Part shown: positions 24,220 through 36,400 of the stretch, in pieces
Layout: every line of letters begins with the position of its first letter
Numbering within the stretch: the stretch's first letter is position 1
Assembly (NCBI GenBank): GCA_964016885.1
Contig: OZ024740.1
Coordinates: 14,384,001-14,448,000 of the forward strand
Reading direction: 5' to 3'
Source of the DNA: Eledone cirrhosa
Taxonomy: Eukaryota
Length of the DNA stretch: 64,000 nt
Notes under the pieces: generated by a model
What the model saw: the letters and a program-made list of their open reading frames with translations, nothing else
Database searches by the model: none
What the model was told of the DNA's origin: nothing
Translations under genes and position numbers: made by a program

Positions 24220-25505
24220 TTAAACCAACCATCTCATTTCGGTTCTCTCGGATCGGTTGTTTAATTGTTGCCCTAGGCGTTTGATCCAAAGTGCTTCCTT
24301 GATACGTAACGTGCCAACGTTTCTTTCTGTCGCTAGAATTGTGACAATGGGCCTTCCGTCTTTGTTTCCGCATTTGGCTATGTGTTTCCGGAAAGACGAG
24401 GCCCTGGTTTTAGCGTGTTCCTTGATCCGGATGTGCAACAGCCGGATTGTGCTACCTATATAGTATTGGTTGCACTTGTTACATTCTATCTTATACACGA
24501 CGTATGTGCGTAGGCAACAGTTCGCATTGCGCATCGGGCAGTCTCTGAGGGAGCACGCGTCAGTTGATTTCCCGGGTTTCCTGGAGAGGCATCTTCGCAG
24601 GGAGGGGCCCGAGTGGGTGAGGTGGATATCGAGGCCCTTCCTCCGTATAGCCTTGCGGATAGCGTTGGTGGTATTCTCACCCAGGTATGGCATTTTAAGG
24701 AAGCACTTGCCTTGGGTGCCTCTCTGTCTCTTGTGTCTGGTGTCTCCTACTCTGTCTGTGAGCGAGGTAGGGTACCCGTTCGTCTCCAGCACCTCGAGGA
24801 ATCGCTTGGTATGAGTGACACCACTCGCGGGATCGGTGCATCTGTTTTTGATTCGCGCGATCTCGTTCGTGATGTATCCTCTTTTGGCACTGTTAGGGAG
24901 GGCGGACTTGTAGTGGACGAACAGGTCCCTGCAGGCTGCCTTTCGGTGATGTTGATTCGGAAGTCGAGGAGGGCAAGTAACCTGTCTTCGTTGGGGTGTT
25001 CAACACTGAAGTCAATGTTCTCGTCCGTGTTGTTGAACGTCTCATAGATTCTGTTCGCCGTGTCTTGGGAAGATGTGAGGATGAGGATATCGTCCACGTA
25101 CCTTGAGAAAAAGGCGACGGCGTTGGGGTGGCAGGCGTTGAGTGCCATGTAAGAGATCGCTAGCACACCCGACAGGCTTGATCCCATGGGCAGTCCCGAG
25201 GTTTGTTGGTATGTTTGGTTAAGGAATCCGAAGTAGGTGTTGTCGACGACGATGGATAGGAGTTGGTGGATGTCAGTGGTGGTGAGCCCGAAGCAGTGTA
25301 GGTCGGTGGATTGGACGCGTTCCATCAGTATATTGACGGCCGGGAGTGCCGGGACCGAGGTGTAGAGAGCGACTACATCAAGGCTGAAGGCATATCTGTT
25401 ATTCTTTCTGGTGTCGGGATCCATTTGATGCAGGCGCTTCAACACCTCCTCGGAGCTGTTAACGTGTCCCGGCAAGGTGTCTAAGATGGGTTTGAGTATT
25501 CTGGC
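24220..25505 (-). pseudogene. Degenerate 5'-truncated PLE (RT plus GIY-YIG), frameshifted; 3' UTR extends to ~23680
   Basis: SLDVVALYTSV, GLPMGSSLS, SRYVDD; VVYKIEC..C..YYIGST.R..RIKEH. Confidence 0.9.
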
Positions 25506-25735
25506 TATATACAAATATGTATTTGAAAGGGACAACCGTCGTTGTATTTCCAACTTATATGGTTCTCGTCAGGACAGTGTTTCCCGGTCTCACTACTGCC
25601 GGACTTTATAAAAAAGGCGAAAATATTTACTTTTTTCGTCTATATAAATGAGGTGATTAATCTCATTTGCATATAAGTTGGCTCAACTTAAAATATAATT
25701 AGAATTTAGCTGTAGAAATACGAAATTCAAATACT

Positions 25736-25784
<49 letters not shown>

Positions 25785-25852
25785 CAGGGTTTAGCAAATA
25801 AGGAAAAAGTTTCAAAATAAATTTTAAAAGATTAACATTACTTACTATAGTT

Positions 25853-25936
25853 ACCTTTACCGAATCGGTTTCGAATCTCAAAAATAAACGGAGTCCATAC
25901 GGTCTTCGTTGCAAAGAAAGATTCTCGTCAGAAGGT
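25853..25936 (-). ncRNA. Type I hammerhead ribozyme
   Basis: Minus strand: ACCTT-CTGACGA-GAATCT...AGATTC-GAAA-CCG-att-CGG-TA-AAGGT. All three stems pair. Confidence 0.88.
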
Positions 25937-26273
25937 TCTTTACATTCGAAGAATATAAAATTCTCGAACTTAAATTACAAACTGGCGCTATTCAAATTTG
26001 TTCCCGAAATGAGAGTAAATGAAGTGGAATCAATTTTTTCAAGGGCCGAGTGAAAAGATAGAGGCAGAGGCAGGGAGGTCAATCGGCTACCGCTATAACT
26101 AGCAGCAGTCAGAACGACCAAATTTTTTCTCAACATAGAGGAGAATAGTAAGAATAGAATATGTGTTCCTACACGCACAAGGCGCTAAGGGACACATGTA
26201 TTGTCCAACCAAATGCCAATCTGGTTCTATGGAAGGTTAATAAATTAACGAGATATATATATATATATATATA

Positions 26274-29200
26274 TATTGGTAAAAGGAAAAGAAAATGCTG
26301 ACAAATTGTTCCTAGTGAAAAATAGTTTAATTAGGAATAAGTAAAAATTAGTAATAAGTATTGGTTAGTATTCAGTTTTGGTTTTAAGTTTTTACCGGTT
26401 GCGCATTTCTAATGCTTTTCAAAAATAATTTTGAGATAGAGCTTCCGTGATGTTTGCTCTAATCTGATTAGTTTGGGAAATTCTACCTGTTTTTATGTTA
26501 AAAAAAGTGGCTCCAGAGGTATTAAAATAAGTTTTGCGCCAATTCGTGTTGCAAAAATTCTTGTGGTCAAAACAATTTTGATTGGTCGGTAGAGGTCATG
26601 TGAATGTTAAAAATTGATTTTGCGCCAAATGTAGGTTTGTCTCGGCTGATTGAGAAGTCACTGAAAAATAAGTCTTTCAAAACAAATATCTGTGTGTGTG
26701 TGTGTGTAGTAGTAGTAGTAGTAAAGAGGTTCATTGTTGTGATAATGGTCAGTAGGGATGTGTGTGTGAATTGCAGTTTGTTGACAGGTCAACAGTTCAG
26801 GTGTCTATTAAGACAAGTGTGTGTGTGTGTGTGTGTGTAGCAGAGTAATTCGTGGTAGACGGATGGTCAGTAGGAATGTGTCTGTACGTGTGTGGGGGAT
26901 ATTTTAGCATGTTGAAAGATATTTTTCAGCTCTTGTCTTATACGGTGAAGTGCGTGTGTGTGTGTGTGTATATATATGTCTCTTTGTATGTTAGTGTACG
27001 CGTGTGTATGTGTGTGTGTATATATGTGTGTGTGTGTATATGTGTGTATGTGTGTGTGTGGCTGGACCAGTATTTTTGTGATACTGGTAAAAATGGTGTA
27101 CATTATTCTATATTTTCAGTAAAAACGATTCTCTCAATAGAACATCAAAAACCTTAATAATAAAAGGTGTGAAATGATATATATTAGGGAGGTGATTGAG
27201 CATATCTAGGTCGTCCCTTATATAGCTTTTGATGTGTTTGAGAAAAGGCTTGAGAAGGGTATCACTGAAGTTGCTAAGGCGGTGGGTTTCGCAAGCGGGG
27301 CCTGCTATTATAGGTCTTAATTTGAGATCATTGGGTGAGGGGACATTGATGACTATGTCTGTGGCTTCCTTGCATGCCTTACTTATTAATTCGCTTTTAG
27401 GTACGTTAGGGATACCGTAGAAAAGGCTGGATTTACTTGCGAAGTCTGTGATGAAGCTGAATTCCTTGTTAGTGAGTCTTTCTTTGTATTGGTTGATCAG
27501 AGTTTTTAGGTTTCTCATAATTTTCTGTTGATTATAGTGTTCAGCCTTTTCGTAGTATGTTTCGTTTTCCAAAGTGGAGAGCGCTAAGTTGATATAGAAT
27601 TCTGTCTCCATTAGGACTACTGTACTCCCTTTATCAGCCTCTTTAATTGTAATGGTTCTGTCGGTTTTTAATCTATTTAATTCTTCCCATTCTTTCTTGT
27701 TGAGGTTTGGCTTGTGTTTTTGTCTGTGCAGTGTTGGTAAGGGAAGTTTGTGATGTGTTCACAGAATTCGTCCAGGATTTTATTTCTACCTTTTGATGGG
27801 GTGTAGTTGCTTCTATTTCTGGCTAATGATTTATCCTCATTGTACTGGTCGAATAGTTCTTCACTGAGTCGTAACTTTCTACAGAAGTCTGTGATGTCTT
27901 CCTTCATTTCATAGTAGTTAGGACGTAGTGGGGTCGGTGTGAATTTAAGACCTTTGGAGAGTAAGTTGATAAGGTTGGGTGTTGGTTCTGCACTAGTTAG
28001 ATTGATAATTTTTATTACTCTCTGTTTCTCCTCCCTGTCTTGTGTTATTTTGTTTGCCTGTATCTGTGTGCTGTGTCTAAAAAATGGTTTGGGTAGAGGG
28101 GTTGTCTGCTGATGTTAAGTGGTCTCCTGTGTTTGTTATATTCCTTGTTGTTGTAAAATGTGGTTCGGGTTCGTGGTTGTAGATTGAATGGGGTGTTCCT
28201 GTATTGCGAGTATGGATGTGTGTTTCTATGTGCCATGTTAGATTGTGGTGTTATAGGTGGCCTACGTTGTTGGTTGTATCGTGTGGTGTGGGTTTGTTGA
28301 GTATTGTGGAAGCGAGAGTTGAGAAAATGGAAATTACCTTGCTGTCCCCTTGAAGCGGGGAAGTTGTTACATCTATCATGGTGGTGGTATTTTTCCCTAT
28401 GTTTGACAATGAGGCATCCGCGTAGTAGTTGAGTGATTTGGTATGGTGTCTCCTTGAAGGGGGAAAGTTGTAAATGTCATTCTGGGGGTGATGTTTTGTA
28501 GGGTTTTTGTTCCTTCTTATGGTAGCGAGGTTGGGAGGTTTATCTTCGGTGTGGTGCTTCCTTCTTCTTTTGTTAGTGGCTGGGGGGTTTGCGAAGTTTT
28601 GCGGTTCGGTTATGGGTTTTCCTATGTTTATGAACGGGTTATTGGAGGTGTAATCCGTTTGAAAAGTCGATTCATAGTGTAGGAACCAAGCGGCACTTTT
28701 TTCCCAGCGTTGAAGGGATTTCAGTTCTTCTCTGTTGCAGTCCCCTTTCCATAATTTAGAGATCTTCTCTACCTTGGGGTCTTCAGTCTTATTGTTGATT
28801 TCCAGGAGGATCTCTTCATCGATGGTTTTGATTTTTTCCTCATTTGTCTGGGCCCTCAATTTAAGAAGTTCAATTTCTGTCTTCATTTTTTCCAATGCCA
28901 TTCTTTCCCTAAGGTGTCTTTGAGGTTCGGGTTCATTTGGAATGGACTTTATTTGTATTTTACGGGGGAGAGTTAGAGGGGTTGAGTTAAGCCATTTTTC
29001 ATATATCTCCGCTTTGTTGTGATTTTGTATCATCTTTCAGAATGAGAACTTTCTGTGTCTGAGGGATTTGTTCCATTTTGGAATTGTTCGAATTTTCATT
29101 TTGTATGAATCAATCTCACATGGTTCTTCGTTGGTTTTTCCTGGGTTGGTAGTAGTGAACATAGTTTGGATAGTATCGCAAAGGTTCTGTAGTTAATCGC

Positions 29201-30313
29201 CGGTTTCGGAAGGTTTGTATCCGGTGACGGTTTCCTCATTTGTGGAGTCAAGTTTGTCGACCAGCACAGAGAGGTTGGTGTTAATTTTCTTGAGTTCCTG
29301 TAGAATCTCTTCATTTGTGTTGATAAGAGTTGTATCTGTTTTTGTTGGCATTTTCTGTATCTCGTGTGAGGATATGATATTTAAAAGAATAGAGGTGTAA
29401 CACACGAGTTATGATATATTGGTAAAAGGAAAAGAAAATCCTGACAAATTGTTCCCAGTGAAAAATAGTTTAATTAGGAATAAGTAAAAATTAGTAATAA
29501 GTATTGGTTAGTATTCAGTTTTGGTTTTAAGTTTTTACCGGTTGCGCATTTCTAATGCTTTTCAAAAATAATTTTGAGATAGAGCGTCCGTGATGTTTGC
29601 TCTAATCTGATTAGTTTGGGAAATTCTACCTGTTTTATGTGAAAAAAGTGGCTCCAGATGTATTAAAATAAGTTTCGCGCCAATTCGTGTTGCAAAAATT
29701 TTGTGGTTAAAACAATTTTGATTGGTCGTAGAGGTCATGTGAATGTTAAAAATTGATTTTGCGCCAAATGTAGGTTTGTCTCGGCTGATTGAGAAGTCAC
29801 TGAAAAATAAGTCTTTCAAGACAAATATCTGTGTGTGTGTGTGTAGTAGTAGTAAAGAGGTTCATTGTTGTGATAATGGTCAGTAGGGATGTGTGTGTGA
29901 ATTGCAGTTTGTTGACAGGTCAACAGTTCAGGTGTCTATTAAGACAAGTGTGTGTGTGTGTGTGTAGCAGAGTAATTCGTGGTAGACGGATGGTCAGTAG
30001 GAATGTTTCTGTAAGTGTGTGGGCGATATTTTAACATGTTAAAAGATATTTTTCAGCTCTTGTCTTATACGGAGAAGTGTGTGTGTGTGTATATGTCTCT
30101 TTGTATGTTAGTGTACGCGTGTGTATGTGTGTGTGTATATATGTGTATGTGTGTGTGTATATGTGTGTATGTGTGTGTGTGGGGGGGGGGGGGGTGGACC
30201 AGTATTTTTGTGATACTGGTAAAATGGTGTACATTATTCTATATTTTCAGTAAAAATGATTCTCTCAATAGAACATCAAAAACCTTAATAATAAAAGGTG
30301 TGAAATGATATAT
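26274..30313 (-). mobile_element. Internally deleted PLE: two ~900-bp direct repeats (26274-27182, 29416-30313) flanking a broken N-terminal ORF
   Basis: Fragments LLSKGLKFTPTP, FCRKLRL, ITIKEADKG, FYGIP, LRPIIAGP..ET.RLS. RT core and GIY-YIG core are missing. Confidence 0.85.
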
Positions 30314-30780
30314 AGTATTGGCATAACACCAAGGTGTGTGTGAGTATAGATATATATAACGAAGGAAGTGTGGTGGGGAACCAGGTGGACCATAATGCAC
30401 CAGAGTACTCGATACTTTTGGTAGTAGAGTGGGTAATAGGAAAAGAGTCAGGACTCCAACGGCTGAGCTCCAGCAGTTTCGACAGCTAGTTCTGTGTCGA
30501 AACAGCCGGAGCTCAGCCGTCGGGGTCCTGACTCTTTTCCTATATATATATATATACATATATATATATAGCAAAAGAGGGTGTGGTAAGAGGGTGTGGA
30601 CCATAACGCACCAGAATACTCAATACTTAGGGTAATATGAAAAGAGTCAGGACCCCGTCGAAACGGCCGGAGCTCAGCCGTCGGGGTCCTGACTCTTTTC
30701 ATATATATAAATATACTCATTAAAACAACAACAGGAAGCCGGACTGGAAAATTTACTTCAGAATTTTAATTTCACGAAAG

Positions 30781-30853
30781 AACTATATATATTTCGATGG
30801 CCGAGGCCTATCATCCGATTATGATGGAAGACTAGACGACTTCATCAGGAGTT
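30781..30853 (-). ncRNA. Degenerate hammerhead motif
   Basis: Minus strand: AACTC-CTGATGA-...-GAAA-TATA-TA-tAGTT. Confidence 0.5.
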
Positions 30854-30945
30854 AATTGCAGAATTATATAATAGGATTACGTTGAATCCAAACAGAGAAT
30901 AGATAAGAGATACAAAGAAATTGAATATATATATAGATTTCATTT

Positions 30946-31165
30946 TTGAATTTGTTTTGCAAAATTTCTTATCTGAACGCGTGTGTTGAAACAGATATTG
31001 TTATACTTTGGGAAGGTCAATAAAAACACACGCACCTGATGATTTATTATAAATTTCCGGTTGGCTGGTTCAATAACCGGAAATTTATAATAAATAGTAG
31101 TGAACACCAACACGTGCGTGTGTTTTTATTGGCAGCATGCCCCACCACAAATATAACAATATATA
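30946..31165 (-). mobile_element. Short terminal remnant related to the PLE-A ORF1 start, with fold-back; similar to 53985-54231
   Basis: GTGTGTTGAAACAGATATTGTTATACTTTGGGAAGGTCA is similar to 1783-1821. Confidence 0.7.
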
Positions 31166-31243
31166 TGTGTGTGCGTGCGTGTGTGTGTGCATGTGTGTGT
31201 GTGTGCGAGTGGGGGTGTGTGTGTGTGTGTGTGCATGTGTGTG

Positions 31244-31332
<89 letters not shown>

Positions 31333-31348
31333 ATGTGTGTGTGTGTGT
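31165..31348. repeat. (GT)n microsatellite
   Basis: Direct sequence. Confidence 0.98.
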
Positions 31349-31863
31349 ACTGTCAATAAATTTGGAAGTCACAGCCATACTTGAGATAAACAGTTTTCTT
31401 CTTCTTTTTCCTTTATTTATGTTTTTTAAAGATGAAAGACAAAAACTATGATATTATCTAATGTCTTGTTGTTTCCTAATTTATCCACGATTTTAAATTT
31501 ACTGCAATGCTTCAAATCCATAATACAATAAAGGGAGGGTGCGGGACAGCGTCCGTTTTATTATTTTTTTTATCTCGTTAGTAAAATAAGTTGGATTACT
31601 TTGAATAAATAATGAATGAATATTATATAATTTATCGACTAAATTTTGTAACACATGATTAAACATGAATAATTTAATGTATTGCTTATTTCAAGATTCA
31701 CTTCTCTTAAAAGTTTCAAGTTTCAACTTCTGGTATATCGCCGCCACGACCACCACTTCAACTATAATATATATATAGAGAGTGACAGAGCGAGAAAGAA
31801 AGAGAGAGTGGGTGGAGAGAGAGAGAGACATATAGAGTGACTGACATATATATATATATATAT

Positions 31864-31900
<37 letters not shown>

Positions 31901-31901
<1 letters not shown>

Positions 31902-31953
31902 GTAAGTATGTATGTATACGTACATACATATATGTATACAGACGTACAGTAGC

Positions 31954-32012
<59 letters not shown>

Positions 32013-32441
32013 CATACAGGCACACATATATATATGCACGTATCAGTTTACCGAACATTTATTATAATGTTCGCTTTGTTCGTTTGTAAACAAACGAACA
32101 GCCTCATTTACGCCGTACAGTGTTTAGGCAACCACGTCACCTTTTTGTTCAACACTGACACAGGAACGATGTACTAGTTTCAAGCTTGTTAGCTATCGTC
32201 AGCACCGTATACCTTTCTGCCAGATGGTTGAACGTTCGAAAGTATATACTTTCCTTATGAAAATTAACGGCTGAGCAGCCTGATTTGCATATCGAGTGAG
32301 TTCAGTCGGCCAGGCGCACCGAAAACGATAAATGGAATAGAATGAAACGAAATTTCATTTCTCACTCTTAGTACGGCACTTACTTAAATGTAAGTATGTA
32401 TGTATACGTACACACATATATGTATACAGACGTACAGTAGC

Positions 32442-32496
<55 letters not shown>

Positions 32497-32573
32497 CAGG
32501 CACACATATATATATGCACGTAAGTAAGTGCCGTACTAAGAGTGAGAAATGAAATTTCGTTTCATTCTATTCC

Positions 32574-32579
<6 letters not shown>
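31901..32579 (-). mobile_element. Diverged family B copy with hammerhead at 32167-32207 (CTGACGA variant) and short inversion (~32520-32579)
   Basis: Homologous to 19884-21357. Confidence 0.88.
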
Positions 32580-32643
<64 letters not shown>

Positions 32644-32852
32644 TATATATTATATATATAATATATATATATATATATATTATATATATAATATATATAT
32701 ATATATATATTTAATGGTTAAACAAGGTTTAATGAATAAATCAAAGAATAAAGTTTTACAATAGATTAGAAGCACTCCACAGTTTAGGTTTTCCGGAGTT
32801 ATTAATATTAATTCAAAATATTAACAAAAATAGACATTTGTGTGATCAAGTA

Positions 32853-32919
32853 TATTTTATAATACATATTTCAGAGGTACTGAGCTATCTTCAACAGTAC
32901 GTCCTCATCAGATAAAATA
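32853..32919 (-). ncRNA. Hammerhead motif (family E); copies at 47196-47262 (-) and 49022-49088 (+, C3 mutated)
   Basis: Consensus TATTTTAT-CTGATGA-ggac-GTACTG...CAGTAC-ctgt-GAAA-TATGTA-TA-ATAAAATA. Confidence 0.72.
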
Positions 32920-32950
32920 AGATGATGCATGACATAACCTGACTAAGTAG

Positions 32951-33498
32951 ATTCTAATACCACTTAAGAGATTTGGCCTGGGCAAACATCCCCTCAATTT
33001 TGGAACCGTCTGGGTTGTCCTGAATTGATTGGAAAAGACTTTACGTTCTTACCCTGTGCCTCTAGTAAAGAGGCCTGGTGCCTTACCTGGGACGTCACAG
33101 TTAGTGACTCTTTTCCTTCTTCTCTCATCTTTGATGCAGCGGTAAGGGCGAGAGCTACAGCATCCGCAGCCGAACGGAATAAAATCCTAAAATACCGTGT
33201 TCTGTCGGTCAACTACATTTTCCAGCCTGTGGCGTTCGAGACGTTTGGGGGAATCGGGCTACTGACTGAGAGGTTCTTATCTTCCCTGCGGCAGGCCTAA
33301 CCGAAGTAACTTGTGATACTCGTCAGGGCGCTTAGTTGTTCCAGCACCTCAGCCTCACCATCACCCAAGGTAACACCTCGAGCATGCTGGATTGCCTAAA
33401 TAATTATTAGAGAGGTTTCCCACTGCTCCTCGCGATATTGTTATCTTTTGTTCTGGTAGCGGCTGGGTTGTCCACCCCTTTCGCCTGCCTTTTGTATT
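32951..33498 (+). pseudogene. Head of satellite-bearing element: remnant of a CRE-like restriction-like endonuclease
   Basis: LTWDVTVSDSF...ATASAAERNKILKY..L..NYIFQPVAFETFGGIG, followed by in-frame stops. Confidence 0.75.
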
Positions 33499-36400
33499 AT
33501 GTGGTCCTAGATGTGTGTATTACCTGCTTGTGTGTTGTATGTGGTCCTAGATGTGCGTACTACCTGCTAGGTGTGTTGTATGTGGTCCTAGATGTGTGTA
33601 CAACTTGCTTGTGTGTTGTACGTGGTCCTAGATGTGTGTATTACCTGCTTGTGTGTTGTATGTGGCCCTAGATGTATGTATTACCTGCTTGTGTGTTGTA
33701 TGTGGTCCTAGATGTGTGTATTACCTGCTTGTGTGTTGTATGTGGTCCTAGATGTGTGTATTACCTGCTTGTGTGTTGTATGTGGCCCTAGATGTGTGTA
33801 TTACCTGCTTGTGTGTTGTATGTGGTCCTAGATGTGTGTACAACTTGCTTGTGTGTTGTATGTGGTCCTAGATGTGTATATTACCTGCTTGTGTGTTGTA
33901 TGTGGCCCTAGATGTATGTATTACCTGCTTGTGTGTTGTATGTGGTCCTAGATGTGTGTATTACCTGCTTGTGTGTTGTATGTGGTCCTAGATGTGTGTA
34001 TTACCTGCTTGTGTGTTGTATGTGGTCCTAGATGTGTGTATTACCTGCTTGTGTGTTGTATGTGGCCCTAGATGTATGTATTACCTGGTTGTGTGTTGTA
34101 TGTGGCCCTAGATGTGTGTATTACCTGCTTGTGTGTTGTATGTGGCCCTAGATGTATGTATTACCTGCTTGTGTGTTGTATGTGGCCCTAGATGTATGTA
34201 TTACCTGCTTGTGTGTTGTATGTGGCCCTAGATGTATGTATTACCTGCTTGTGTGTTGTATGTGGCCCTAGATGTGTATATTACCTGCTTGTGTGTTGTA
34301 TGTGGCCCTAGATGTATGTATTACCTGCTTGTGTGTTGTATGTGGCCCTAGATGTATGTATTACCTGCTTGTGTGTTGTATGTGGTCCTAGATGTATGTA
34401 CTACCTGCTTGTGTGTTGTATGTGGCCCTAGATGTGTGTATTACCTGCGTGTGTGTTGTATGTGGCCCTAGATGTATGTATTACCTGCTTGTGTGTTGTA
34501 TGTGGCCCTAAATGTATGTATTACCTGCTTGTGTGTTGTATGTGGCCCTAGATTATGTATTACCTGCTTGTGTGTTGTATGTGGTCCTACATGTATGTAC
34601 TACCTGCGTGTGTGTTGTATGTGGCCCTAGATGTGTGTATTACCTGCGTGTGTGTTGTATGTGGCCCTAGATGTATGTATTACCTGCGTGTGTGTTGTAT
34701 GTGGCCCTAGATGTATGTATTACCTGCTTGTGTGTTGTATGTGGCCCTAGATGTATGTATTACCTGCTTGTGTGTTGTATGTGGCCCTAGATGTATGTAT
34801 TACCTGCTTGTGTGTTGTATGTGGCCCTAGATGTATGTATTACCTGCTTATGTGTTGTATGTGGCCCTAGATGTATGTATTACCTGCTTGTGTGTTGTAT
34901 GTGGCCCTAGATGTATGTACTACCTGCTTGTGTGTTGTATGTGACCCTAGATGTATGTATTACCTGCTTGTGTGTTGTATGTGGCCCTAGATGTATGTAT
35001 TACCTGCTTGTGTGTTGTATGTGGCCCTAGATGTATGTATTACCTGCTTGTGTGTTGTATGTGACCCTAGATGTATGTATTACCTGCTTGTGTGTTGTAT
35101 GTGGCCCTAGATGTGTGTATTACCTGCGTGTGTGTTGTATGTGGCCCTAGATGTATGTATTACCTGCTTGTGTGTTGTATGTGGTCCTAGATGTGTGTAT
35201 TACCTGCTTGTGTATTGTATGTGGCCCTAGATGAATGTATTACCTGCTTGTGTGTTGTATGTGGCGCTAGATGTATGTATTACCTTCTTGTGTGTTGTAT
35301 GTGGTCCTAGATGTATGTATTACCTGCTTGTCTGTTGTATGTGGTCCTAGATGTATGTATTACCTGCGTGTGTGTTGTATGTGGCCCTAGATGTATGTAT
35401 TACCTGTTTCTGTGTTGTATGTGGCCCTAGATGTATGTATTACCTGCGTGTGTGTTGTATGTGGCCCTAGATGTGTGTACTACCTGCTTGTGTGTCGTAT
35501 GTGGTCCTAGATGTATGTATCACCTGCATGTGTGTTGTATGTGGCCCTAGATGTATGTATTACCTGCTTCTGTGTTTTATGTGGCTCTAGATGTATGTAT
35601 TACGTGCGTGTGTGTTGTATGTGGCCCTAGATGTGTGTACTACCTGCTTGTGTGTTGTATGTGGTCCTAGATGTATGTATCACCTGCGTGTGTGTTGTAT
35701 GTGGCCCTAGATGTATGTATTACCTGCTTCTGTGTTGTATGTGGCCCTAGATGTATGTATTACATGCTTGTGTGTTGTATGTGGCCCTAGATGTATGTAT
35801 TACCTACGTGTGTGTTGTATGTGGTCCTAGATGTGTGTACTACCTGCTTGTGTGTTGTATGTGGTCCTAGATGTATGTATCACCTGCGTGTGTGTTGTAT
35901 GTGGCCCTAGATGTATGTATTACCTGCTTCTGTGTTGTATGTGGCCCTAGATGTATGTATTACCTGCTTGTGTGTTGTATGTGGCCCTAGATGTATGTAT
36001 TACCTGCTTGTGTGTTGTATGTGGTCCTAGATGTATGTATTACCTGCTTGTGTGTTGTATGTGGCCCTAGATGTATGTATCCCCTGCGTGTGTGTTGTAT
36101 GTGGCCCTAGATGTATGTATTACCTGCTTCTGTGTTGTATGTGGCCCTAGATGTATGTATTACCTGCTTGTGTGTTGTATGTGGCCCTAGATGTATGTAT
36201 TACCTGCTTGTGTGTTGTATGAGGTCCTAGATGTATGTATTACCTGCTTGTGTGTTGTATGTGGCCCTAGATGTATGTATCCCCTGCGTGTGTGTTGTAT
36301 GTGGCCCTAGATGTATGTATTACCTGCTTCTGTGTTGTATGTGGCCCTAGATGTATGTATTACCTGCTTGTGTGTTGTATGTGGCCCTAGATGTATGTAT

